64,000 nucleotides of DNA, taken from NCBI RefSeq assembly GCF_009914755.1, contig NC_060933.1. One strand, given 5' to 3'. The stretch comes from the human T2T-CHM13v2.0 reference genome, Homo sapiens. Below are positions 44,151-56,707 of this stretch, piece after piece. Under the pieces are notes generated by a model that was not told the DNA's origin, searched no databases, and worked only from the letters and a program-made list of their open reading frames with translations. Numbering within the stretch: position 1 is the stretch's first letter; the number at the start of each line of letters is the position of its first letter. The position numbers and the translations under genes were made by a program.

Positions 44151-47100
44151 TTCCATTCCATTCCTTTCCATTCCATTCCAATCGAGTTGATTCCATTCCA
44201 TTCCATTCCATTCCATTCCATTCCATTCCAGTCCTTTCCATTCCATTCCACTCGGGTTGATTCCATTCTATTCGTTTCCATTCCATTCCATTCCCTTCCA
44301 TTCCACTCTGGTTGATTCCATTCCTTTCCATTCCACTCGAATACATTCCCTCCTATTCCACTCGGAACTATTCCATTCCATTCCATTCCATTCCATTCCA
44401 TTCCATTTCGTTCCATTCCATTCTATTCCGTATCATTCCATTCCATTCCATTCCATTCCATTCCATTCCACTCGTGTTGATTCCATTCCTTTCCATTCCA
44501 TTCGGTTTGAAGGCTTTCCATTCCATTCCATTCCATTCCATTCCATTCCATTGTACTCGGGTTGATTCCATTCCATTGCATTCCATTCCATTCCATTCCA
44601 TTCCAATCCATTGCATTCCATTCCATTACATTCGGATTGATTCTATTCAACTCCCTTACTCTCCATTACATTCCATTCCATTCGGGTTGTTCCATTCCAT
44701 TCCATTCCATTCCACTCCATTCCATTGCACTCGGGTTGATTCCATTCCATTCCATTCCATTCCATTCCATTCCGGATGATTCCATTCCACTGCAATCCGT
44801 TCCATTACATTCCCCTGCACTCGCGTTGATTCCATTCCATTCCATTCCATTCCATTCCATTCCGTTCCGTTCCATTCCATTCCATTCCATTCTATTTGGG
44901 TTAATTCCATTCCATTCCATTCGATTGCAATCGAGTTGATTCCCTTCCATTCCATTCCATTCCATTCCATTCCATTCCATTCCATTCCTTTCCATTACAT
45001 TACGGATGATTCCATTCCATTGCATTCCATTCCATTCGATTCCCCTGTACTCGGGTTGATTCCATTCCATTCCATTCCAATCCATGCCATTCCACTCGTA
45101 TTGATTCCATTGTTTCCATTCCATTCAAGTTGAATCCATTCCATTGCATTCCATTCCATTCGATTCCATTCGATTGCACTCGGGTTGATTCCATTCCATT
45201 GCATTCCATTCCATTCCATTCCATTCCATTCCATTCCATTCCATTCCGTTCCATTCCATTCCATTACATTCGGATTGATTCTATTCAATTCCCTTACACT
45301 CCATTACATTCCATTCCTTTCGGGTAGTTTCCATTCCATTCCATTCCATTCCTCTCCATTCCATTGCACTCGCGTTGATTCCATTCCATTGCATTCCATT
45401 CCATACCATTCAATTCCATTCCATTCCATTCCATTACATTACATTCGGATTGATTCTATTCAACTCCCTTACTCTCCATTACATTCGATTCCATTCGGGT
45501 TGTTCCATTCCATTCCATTCCATTCCACTCCATTCCATTGCACTCAGGTTGATTCCATTCAATTCCATTCCATTCCATTCCATTCCATTCCATTCCGGAA
45601 GATTCCATTCCATTGCATTCCATTCCATTCCATTCCCCTGCACTCAGGTTGATTCCATTCCATTCCATTCCATTCCATTCCATTCAATTCCTTTCCGTTC
45701 CATTCCATTCCATTCCATTCCATTCCATTCCATTCCGTTCCGTTCTGTTCCATTCCATTCCATTCCATTCTATTCGGGTTAATTCCATTCCATTCCATTC
45801 GATTGCAATCGAGTTGATTCTATGCCATTCCATTCCATTCCATTCCATTCCATTCCATTCCATGCCTTTCCATTCCATTACGGATGATTCCATTCCATTG
45901 CATTCCATTCCATTCCTTTCCCCTGTACTCGGGTTGATTCCATTCCATTCCATTCCAATCCATGCCATTCCACTCGTGTTGATTCCATTCTTTCCATTCC
46001 ATTCAAGTTGAATCCATTCCATTGCTTTCCATTCCATTCCATTCCCCTGTAGTCGGGTTGATTCCATTCCATTCCTTTCCATTCCATTCCATTCCATTCC
46101 ATTCCGTTCCGTTCCGTTCCGTTCCGTTCCATTCCATTCCATTCCATTCTATTCGGGTTAATTCCATTCCATTCCATTCCATTCCATTCCATTCCATTCC
46201 ATTCCAATCGAGTTGATTCCATTCCATTCCATTCCATTCCATTCCACTCCATTCCAGTCCTTTCCATTCCATTCCACTCGGGTTGATTCCAATGTATTCC
46301 TTTCCATTCCATTCCATTCCATTGCAATCGAGTTGATTCCATTGCTTTGCATTCCATTCCATTCCATTCCATTCCGGATGACTCCATTCCATTGCATTCC
46401 ATTCCATTGCATTCCCCTGCACTCGGGTTGATTCCATTCCGTTCCACTCCATTCCGTTGCATTCCATTCCATTCCATTGTATTCGGGTTAATTCCATTCC
46501 ATTCCATTCCATTCCATTCCATTCCAATCGAGTTGATTCCATTCCATTCCATTCCATTCCATTCCATTCCATTCCAGTCCTTTCCATTGCATTCCACTCG
46601 GGTTGATTCCATTCTATTAGTTTCCATTCCATTCCATTCCCTTCCATTCCACTCTGGTTGATTCCATTCCTTTCCATTCCACTCGAATACATTCCCTCCT
46701 ATTCCACTCGGAACGATTCCATTCCATTTCATTCCATTCCATTCCATTCCATTCCATTCCATTTCGTTCCATTACATTCTATTCCGTATCATTCCATTCC
46801 ATTCCATTCCATTCCATTCCATTCCATTCCATTCCACTCGTGTTGATTCCATTCCTTTCCATTCCATTCGGTTTGAAGGCTTTCCATTCCATTCCATTCC
46901 ATTCCATTCCATTCCATTCCATTGTGCTCGGGTTGATTCCATTCCATTGCATTCCATTCCATTCCATTCCATTCCAATCCGTTGCATTCCATTCCATTAC
47001 ATTCGGATTGATTCTATTCAACTCCCTTACTCTCCATTACATTCCATTCCATTCGGGTTGTTCCATTCCATTCCATTCCATTCCACTCCATTCCATTGCA

Positions 47101-50100
47101 CTCGGGTTGATTCCATTCCATTCCATTCCATTCCATTCCATTCCATTCCGGATGATTCCATTCCATTGCATTCCGTTCCATTACATTCCCCTGCACTCGC
47201 GTTGATTCCATTCCATTCCATTCCATTCCATTCCATTCAATTCCATTCCATTACAATTCGTTCCATTCCATTCTATTCCATACCATTCCATTCCATTCCA
47301 TACCATTCCATTCCATTCCATTCCATTCCATTCCATTCCATTCCTTTCCATTCCGTTCCATTCCATTCCATTCCATTCTATTCGGGTTTATTCCATTCCA
47401 TTCCATTCCATTCCATTCCATTCCATTCCAATCTATTCCATTCCATTGCAATCGAGTTGAATCCATTGCATTTCATTCCATTCCATTCCATTCCATTCCA
47501 TTCCATTGCAATCGAGTTGAATCCATTGCATTTCATTCCATTCCATTCCATTCCATTCCATTCCGGAAGATTCCATTCCATTGCATTCCATTCCATTCCA
47601 TTCCCCTGCACTCGCGATGATTCCTTTCCATTCCATTCCATTCCATTCCATTCCATTCCGTTCCGTTCCGTTCCATTTCATTCCATTCCATTCCATTCCA
47701 TTCCGTTCCGTTCCATTCCATTCCATTCCATTCTATTCGGGTTAATTCCATTCCATTCCATTCGATTGCAATCGAGTTGATTCCATTCCATTCCATTCCA
47801 TTCCATTCCATTCCATTCCATTCCAATCGAGTTGATTGCATTCCATTCCATTCCATTCCATTCCACTCCATTCCAGTCCTTTCCATTCCATTCCACTCGG
47901 GTTGATTCCATTCTATTCCTTTCCATTCCATTCCATTCCATTGCAATCGAGTTGATTCAATTGCTTTGCATTCCATTCCATTCCATTCCATTCCGGATGA
48001 TTCCATTCCATTGCATTCCATTCCATTCCATTCCCCTGCACTCGGGTTGATTCCATTCCATTCCACTCCATTCCGTTCCATTCCATTCCATTCCATTGTA
48101 TTCGGGTTAATTCCATTCCATGCCATTCCATTCCATTCCATTCCATTCCATTCCATTCTATTACAATCGAGTTGATTCCATTCCATTCCATTCCATTCCA
48201 TTCCATTCCATTCCAGTCCTTTCCATTCCATTCCACTCGGGTTGATTCCATTCTATTAGTTTCCATTCCATTCCATTCCCTTCCATTCCACTCTGGTTGA
48301 TTCCATTCCTTTCCATTCCAATCGAATAAATTCCCTCCTATTCCACTCGGATCGATTCCATTCCATTCCATTCCATTCCATTCCATTCCATTCCATTCCA
48401 TTCCATTTCGTTCCATTCCATTCTATTCCGTACCATTCCATTCCATTCCATTCCTTTCCATTCCATTCCATTCCATTCCACTCTTGTTGATTCCATTCCT
48501 TTCCATTCCATTCGGTTTGAAGGCATTCCATTCCATTCAATTCCATTCCATTCCATTCCATTCCATTCCATTCCATTCCATTCCATTGTACTCGGGTTGA
48601 TTCCATTCCATTCCATTCCATTCCATTCCATTCCATTCCATTCCATTCCGTTGCATTCCATTCCATTACATTCGGACTGATTCTATTCAACTCCCTTACT
48701 CTCCATTACATTCCATTCCATTCGGGTTGTTCCATTCCATTCCATTCCATTCCACTCCATTCCATTGCACTCGGGTTGATTCCATTCCATTCCATTCCAT
48801 ACCATTCCATTCCATTCCATTCCATTCCATTCCGTTCCATTCCGTTCCATTCCATTCCATTCCATTCTATTCGGGTTAATTCCATTCCATTCCATTCCAT
48901 TCCATTCTATTCCATTCCATTGCAATCGAGTTGAATCCATTGCATTTCATTCCATTCCATTCCATTCCATTCCATTCCGGAAGATTCCATTCCATTGCAT
49001 TCCATACCATTCCATTGCCCTGCACTCGCGTTGATTCCATTCCATTCCATTCCATTCCATTCCATTCCATTCCATTCCATTCCTTTCCGTTCCATTCCAT
49101 TCCATTCCATTCCATTCCAATCCATTCCATTCCGTTCCGTTCCATTCCATTCCATTCCATTCCATTCTATTCGGGTTAATTCCATTCCATTCCGTTCGAT
49201 TGCAATCGAGTTGATTCCATTCCATTCCATTCCATTCCATTCCATTCCTTTCCATTCCATTACGGATAATTCCATTCCATTGCATTCCATTCCATTCCAT
49301 TCCTCTGTACTCGGGTTGATTCCATTCCATTCCATTCCAATCCATGCCATTCCACTCGTGTTGATTCCATTCTTTCCATTTCATTCAAGTTGAATCCATT
49401 CCTTTGCATTCCATTCCATTCCATTCCCCTGCAGTCGTGTTGTTTCCATTCCATTCCATTCCATTCCCCTGCTGTCGGGTTGTTTCCATTCCATTCCATT
49501 CCATTCCATTCCATTCCATTCCATTCCATTCCATTCCGTTCCGTTCCATTCCATTCCATTCCATTCTATTCGGTTTAATTCCATTCCATTGCATTCCATT
49601 CCATTCCATTCCATTCCAATCGAGTTGATTCCATTCCATTCCATTCCATTCCACTCCATTCCAGTCCTTTCCATTCCATTCCACTCGGGTTGATTCCAAT
49701 GTATTCCTTTCCATTCCATTCCATTCCATTGCAATCGAGTTGATTCCATTGCTTTGCATTCCATTCCATTCCATTCCATTGCGGATGATTCCATTCCATT
49801 GCATTCCATTCCATTCCATTCCCCTGCACTCGGGTTGATTCCATTCCATTCCACTCCATTCCGTTCCATTCCATTCCATTGCATTGTATTCGGGTTAATT
49901 CCATTCCATTCCATTCCATTCCATTCCAGTCCATTCCATTACAATCGAGTTGATTCCATTCCATTCCATTCCATTCCAGTCCTTTCCATTCCATTCCACT
50001 CGGGTTGATTCCATTCTATTAGTTTCCATTCCATTCCAATCCCTTCCATTCCACTCTGGTTGATTCCATTCCTTTCCATTCCACTCGAATACATTCCCTC

Positions 50101-52814
50101 CTATTCCACTCGGAACGATTCCATTCCATTCCATTCCATTCCATTCCATTCCATTCCATTCCATTTCTTTCCATTGCATTCTATTCCGTGTCCTTCCATT
50201 CCATTCCATTCCATTCCATTCCCCTGCAGTCGGGTTGTTTCCATTCCATTCCATTCCATTCCATTCCATTCCATTCCATTCCATTCCGATCCGTTCCATT
50301 CCATTCCATTCCATTCTATTCGGGTTAATTCCATTCCATTCCATTCCATTCCATTCCATTCCATTCCATTCCATTCCAATCGAGTTGATTCCATTCCATT
50401 CCATTCCATTCCATTCCACTACATTCCAGTCCTTTCCATTCCATTCCACTCGGGTTGATTCCAATGTATTCCTTTCCATTCCATTCCATTCCATTGCAAT
50501 CGAGTTGATTCCATTGCTTTGCATTCCATTCCATTCCTTTCCATTCCGGATGATTCCATTCCATTGCATTCCATTCCATTCCATTCCTCTCCATTCCATT
50601 GCACTCGGGTTGATTCCATTCCATTCCATTCCATTCCATTCCATTCCATTACATTACATTACATTACATTCCGTTCCTTTCTACTCGGGTTGATTCCATT
50701 CCATTGCATTCCATTCCATTCCATTACATTACATTCCATTCCCTTCCATTCCATTCCGTTCCATTCCATTACATTCGGATTGATTCAATTCAACTCCCTT
50801 ACTCTCCATTACATTCCATTCCATTCGGGTTGTTCCATTCCATTCCATTACATTCCACTCCATTCCATTGCGCTCCGGTTGATTCCATTCCATTCCATTC
50901 CATTCCATTCCATTCCATTCCATTCCGGATGATTCCATTCCATTGAATTCCGTCCCATTACATTCCCTTGCACTCGGGTTGATTCCATTCCATTCCATTC
51001 CATTCCATTCGATTCCATTCCATTCCAATTCTTTCCATTCCATTCTATTCCGTACCATTCCATTCCATTCCATACAATTCCATTCCATTCCATTCCACTC
51101 CGTTCCGTTCCTTTCCGTTCTGTTCCGTTCCATTCCATTCCATTCCATTCTATTCGGTTTAATTCCATTCCATTCCATTCCATTCCATTCCATTCTATTC
51201 CATTCCATTGCAATCGAGTTGAATCCATTGCATTCCATTCCATTCCATTCCATTCCATTCCATTCCATTCCATTCCATTCCATTGTACTCGGGTTGATTC
51301 CATTCCATTGCATTCCATTCCATTCCATTCCATTCCGGAAGATTCCATTCCATTGCATTCCATTCCATTCCATTCCCCTTCACTCGCGTTGATTCCATTC
51401 CATTCCATTCTATTCCATTCCATTCCCTTCCTTTCCGTTCCATTCCATTCCATTCCATTCCATTCCCCTGCACTCGCGTTGATTCCATTCCATTCCATTC
51501 TATTCCATTCCATTCCCTTCCTTTCCGTTCCATTCCATTCCATTCCATTCCGTTCCGTTCCATTCCATTCCATTCCATTCTATTCTGGTTAATTCCATTC
51601 CATTCCATTCGATTGCAATCGAGTTGATTCCATTCCATTCCATTCCATTCCATTCCATTCCATTCCATTCCATTCCTTTCCTTTCCATTACGGATGATTC
51701 CATTCCATTGCATTCCATTCCATTCCATTCCCCTGTACTCGGGTTGATTCCATTCTATTCCATTCCAATCCATGCCATTCCACTCGTGTTGATTCCATTC
51801 TTTCCATTCCATTCAAGTTGAATCCATTCCATTGCATTCCATTCCATTCGATTCCATTCGATTGCACTCGGTTTGATTCCATTCCATTGCATTCCATTCC
51901 ATTCCATTCCATTCCATTCCGTTCCATTCCATTCCATTACATTCGGATTGATTCTATTCAATTCCCTTACACTCCATTACATTCCATTCCATTCGGGTAG
52001 TTTCCATTCCATTCCATTCCATTCCTCTCCATTCCATTGCACTCGGGTTGATTCCATTCCATTGCATTCCATTCGATACCATTCAATTCCATTCCGTTCC
52101 ATTCCATTCCATTACATTCGGATTGATTCTATTCAACTCCCTTACACTCCATTACATTCGATTCCATTCGGGTTGTTCCATTCCATTCCATTCCATTCCT
52201 CTCCATTCCATTGCACTCGGGTTGATTCCATTCCATTCCATTCCATTCCGGAAGATTCCATTCCATTGCATTCCATTAAATTCCATTCCCCTGTACTCGC
52301 GTTGATTCCATTCCATTCCATTCCATTCCTTTGCATTCCATTGCATTCCATTGCATTCCATTCCCCTGCACTCAGGTTGATTCCATTCCATTCCATTCCA
52401 TTCCATTCCATTCTATTCACGTTAATTCCATTCCACTCCATTCCATTACATTCCATTGCAATCGACTTGATTCCATTCCATTCCATTCCATTCCATTCCA
52501 TTCCATTCCATTCCCTTCCATTCCACTCTGGTTGATTCCATTCCTTTCCATTCTACTCGATTGCATTCCCTTCTATTCCACTCGGATTGATTCCATTCCA
52601 TTCCGTTCCATTCCATTCCATTTCGTTCCATTCCATTCTATTCCATTCCATTCCATTCCATTCCTTTCCATTCCATTCCGTTCCATTCCATTCCATTCCA
52701 TTCCATTTCTTTGCATTCCATTCTATTCCATACCATTCCATTCCATTCCGTTCCATGCCATTCCACTCGGGTTGATTCCATTGCTTTCCATTCCATTTGG
52801 GTTGAATCCATTCC

Positions 52815-55800
52815 ATTCCATTCCATTCCATTCCATTCCATTCCGTTCCATTCCATTCCATTACATTCGTATTGATTGTATTCAATTCCCTTACACTCCA
52901 TTACATTCCATTCCATTCGGGTTGTTTCCATTCCATTCCATTCCATTCCACTCCATTCCATTGCAGTCGGGTTGATTCCATTCCATTCCATTCCATTCCC
53001 TTCCATTCCATTTCGTTCCATTCCATTCTATTCCATACCATTCCATTCCATTCCATTCCATTCCATTCCATTCCATTCCATTCCATTCCATGCCATTCCA
53101 CTCGGGTTGATTCCTTTCCATTCCATTCCATTCGGGTTGAAACCATTCCATTCCATTCAATTCCATTCCATTTCGGATGATTGCATTCCATTGCCTTCCA
53201 TTCAATTGCATTCCCCTGCACCCGGGTTGATTCCATTCAATTCCATTCCATTCCATTCCGTTCCATTCCATTCCATACCATTCCATTCCATTCCATTCCA
53301 TTCTATTTGGGTTAATTCCATTCCATTCCATTCCATTCCATTCAGTTTCATTGCAATCGGGTTGATTCCATTCCGTTCCATTCCATTGCATTCCATTCCA
53401 TTCCATTCCATTCCATTCCATTCCATTCCATTCAACTCGGGTTGATTCCATTCCTTTCCATTCCATTCGGGGTGAAGCCTTTCCATTCCATTCCATTCCT
53501 TTCGATTCCATTCCATTGCACTCGGGTTGATCCCATTCCTTTGCATTCCATTCCATTCCATTCCATTCCATTCCATTCCATTCCGTTCCATTCAATTCCA
53601 TTACGTTCGGATTGATTCTATTCAATTCCCTTACAATCCACCACATTCCTTTCCATTCGGGTTGTTTCCATTCCTTTCCATTCCATTCAATTCCATTCCA
53701 TTCCATTCCATTCCGTATGATTCCATTCCATTGCATTCTATTCCATTCCATTCCCCTGCACTCGGGTGGATTCCATTCTATTCCATTCCATTCCATTCCA
53801 TTCCATTCCATTCCATTCCATTCCATTGAAATCGAGTTGATTCCATTCCATTCCATTCCATTCAATTCCATTCCATTCCATTCTATTCTGGTTAATTCCA
53901 TTCCATTCCATTCCATTCCCTTCCATTCCATTCCATTCTATTCCATTCCATTCCATTCTATTAGGGTTAATTCCATTCCATTCCATTCCATTCCATTCCA
54001 TTCCATTCCATTCCATTCCATTCCTTTGCAATCGAGTTTATTCCATTCCATTCCATTCCATTCCATTCCATTCAATTCCATTGAACTCGGGTTGATTCCA
54101 TTCCATTCCATGCCATTCCATTTCATTCCAATCCATTGCCTTCCATTCCATTCCATTCCTCTGCACTCGGGTTGATTCCATTCCTTTCCATTCCATTCGA
54201 TTCCATTCCATGCCATTCCACTCGGGTTGATTCCATTACTTTCCATTCCATTCGAGTTGAATCCATTCCATTCGATTCCATTCCATTCGATTCCATTCCA
54301 TTGCTCACGGGTTCATTCCATTCCATTCCATTCCATTCCATTCTATTCCATTTCATTCCATTTCGTTCCATTCCATTCTCTTCCGTACCATTCCATTCCA
54401 TTCCATTCCACTCCATTCCATGCCATTCCACTCGGGTTTATTCCATTCCTTTCCATTCCATTCGGGTTGAATTCATTCCATTCCATTCCATTCCATTCCA
54501 TTCCATTCTATTCCATTGCACTCGGGTTGATTCCATTCCATTCCATTACATTCCACTCCATTCCATTGCACTCGGGTTGATTCCATTCCTTTCCATTCCA
54601 TTCCAGTTGAACCCATTCCATTCTATTCCATTCCATTCCATTCCATTCCATTTCATTCCTTTGCACACGGGTTCATTCCATTCCATTCCATTCCATTCCA
54701 TTCCATTCCATTTCGTTCCATTCCATTCTATTCCTTACCATTCCATTCCATTCCATTCCCTTCCATGCCATTTCACTCGGGTTTATTCCATTCCTTTCCA
54801 TTCCATTCGGGTTGAATCCATTCCATTCCATTCCATTCCATTCCATTCCATTCCATTCCATTCCATTGAACTCGGGTTGATTCCATTCCATTCCATGCCA
54901 TTCCATTTCATTCCATTCCATTCCATTCCGTTCCATTCCATTCCATTCCTTTCCGTTCAATTCCATTACATTCGGATTGATTCTTTTTAATTCCCTTACA
55001 CTCCATTACATTCCATTCCATTCGGGTAGTTTCCATTCCATTCCATTCCATTCCTCTGTATTCTATTGCACTCGGGTTGATTGATTCCATTCCATTGCAT
55101 TCCATTCCATTCAGGATGATTCCATTCCATTGCATTCCATTCCATTCCATTCCCCTGCACTCGTGTTGATTCCATTCCTTTCCATTCCATTCCATTCCGT
55201 TCCATTCCATTCCATTACATTCGTACTGATTGTACTCAATTCCCTTACACTCCATTACATTCCATTCCATTCGGGTTGTTTCCATTCCATTACATTCCAT
55301 TCTACTCCATTCCATTGCACTCAGGTTGATTCCATTCCATTCCATTCCATTCCATTCCATTTCGTTCCATTCCATTCTATTCCGTACCATTCCATTCCAT
55401 TCCATTCCATTCCATGCCATTCCACTCAGGTTTATTACATTCCTTTCCATTCCATTCGGGTTGAATCCATTCCATTCCATTCCATTCCATTCCATTCCAT
55501 TCCTTTGCACTCGGGTTGATTCCATTCCATTCCCTGCCATTCCATTTCATTCCATTCCATTCCATTCCATTCCATTCCATTCCATTCCATTCCATTCCGT
55601 TCCATTCCATTCCATTACATTCGGATTGATTGTATTCAATTCCCTTACACTCCATTACATTCCATTCCATTCGGGTTGTTTCCGTTCCATTACATTCCAT
55701 TCCACTCCATTCCATTGCACTCAGGTTGATTCCATTCCATTCCATTCCATTCCATTCCATTCCATTTCGTTCCATTCCATTCTATTCCGTACCATTCCAT

Positions 55801-56707
55801 TCCATTCCATTCCATTCCATTCCATGCCATTCCACTCGGGTTGATTCCATTCCTTTCCATTCCATTCGGATTGAATCCATTCCATTCCATTCCATTGCAT
55901 TCCGTTCCATTCCATTCCCCTGCAATCGGGTGGATTCCATTCTATTCCATTCCATTCCATTCATTCCATTCCATTCCATTCCATTTCGTTCCATTCCATT
56001 CTATTCCCTACCTTTCCATTCCATTCCATTCCATTCCATTCCATTCCATGCCATGCCATTCCACTCGAGTTGATTCCATTCCTTTCCATTCCATTCTAGT
56101 TGAATCCATTCCATTGCATTCCATTCCATTCGATTCCATTCAATTGCACACGGGTTCATTCCATTCCATTCCATTCCATTCCATTCCATTCCATTCCATT
56201 CCATTTCGTTCCATTCCATTCTATTCCGTACCATTCCCTTCCATTCCATTCCATTCCACTCCATTCCATGCCATTCCACTCGGGTTTATTCCATTCCTTT
56301 CCATTCCATTCGGGTTGAATCCATTCTATTCGGGTTGAATCCATTCCATTCCATTCCATTCCATTCCATTCCATTCCATGCCATTCCACTCGGGTTGATT
56401 CCATTCCTTTCCATTCCATTCGAGTTGAACCCATTCCATTCCATTCCATTCCATTCCATTCCATTCCATTCCATTCCATTGCTCACGGGTTCATTCCATC
56501 CAATTCCATTCCATTCCATTCCATTCCATTCCATTTCGTTCCATTCCATTCTACTCCGTACCATTGCATTCCATTCCATTCCCTTCCATGCCATTTCACT
56601 CGGGTTTATTCCTTTCCTTTCCATTCTATTCGGGTTGAATCCATTCCATTCCATTCCATTGCATTCCATTCCATTCCATTCCCCTGCAATCGGGTGGATT
56701 CCATTCT
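52815..56707 (+). repeat. Tandem duplication of about 3.8-3.9 kb, copy 1
   Basis: Markers CGTATTGATTGT about 52868/56761, GGTGAAGCC 53471/57359, TTGATTGATT 55077/58890, CCTACC about 56007/59830. Confidence 0.88.

Larger units (their letters stand above)
2150..52259. promoter_or_regulatory. Dispersed perfect heat-shock-element matches (nTTCn-nGAAn-nTTCn), 31 counted
   Basis: ATTCCGGAAGATTCC starting at 2150, 3390, 4208, 6419, 9089, 11006, 12703, 13546, 14384, 15907, 18582, 20499, 22027, 24424, 25257, 26105, 27843, 28666, 30229, 32648, 34636, 34910, 35624, 36583 (GGAAGGTTCC variant), 38795, 41143, 45592, 47560, 48974, 51332, 52245. The motif match is direct; binding is not shown. Confidence 0.6.
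1..52300 (+). repeat. HSat3 sequence domain 1
   Basis: Rich in CCGGAAGATT, CTCGAATACATTCCCTCC, CAACTCCCTTACTCTCC and CTTTCCATTCCATTCAAGTTGAATCC words, with frequent 1-bp register shifts. Right boundary approximate. Confidence 0.75.
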
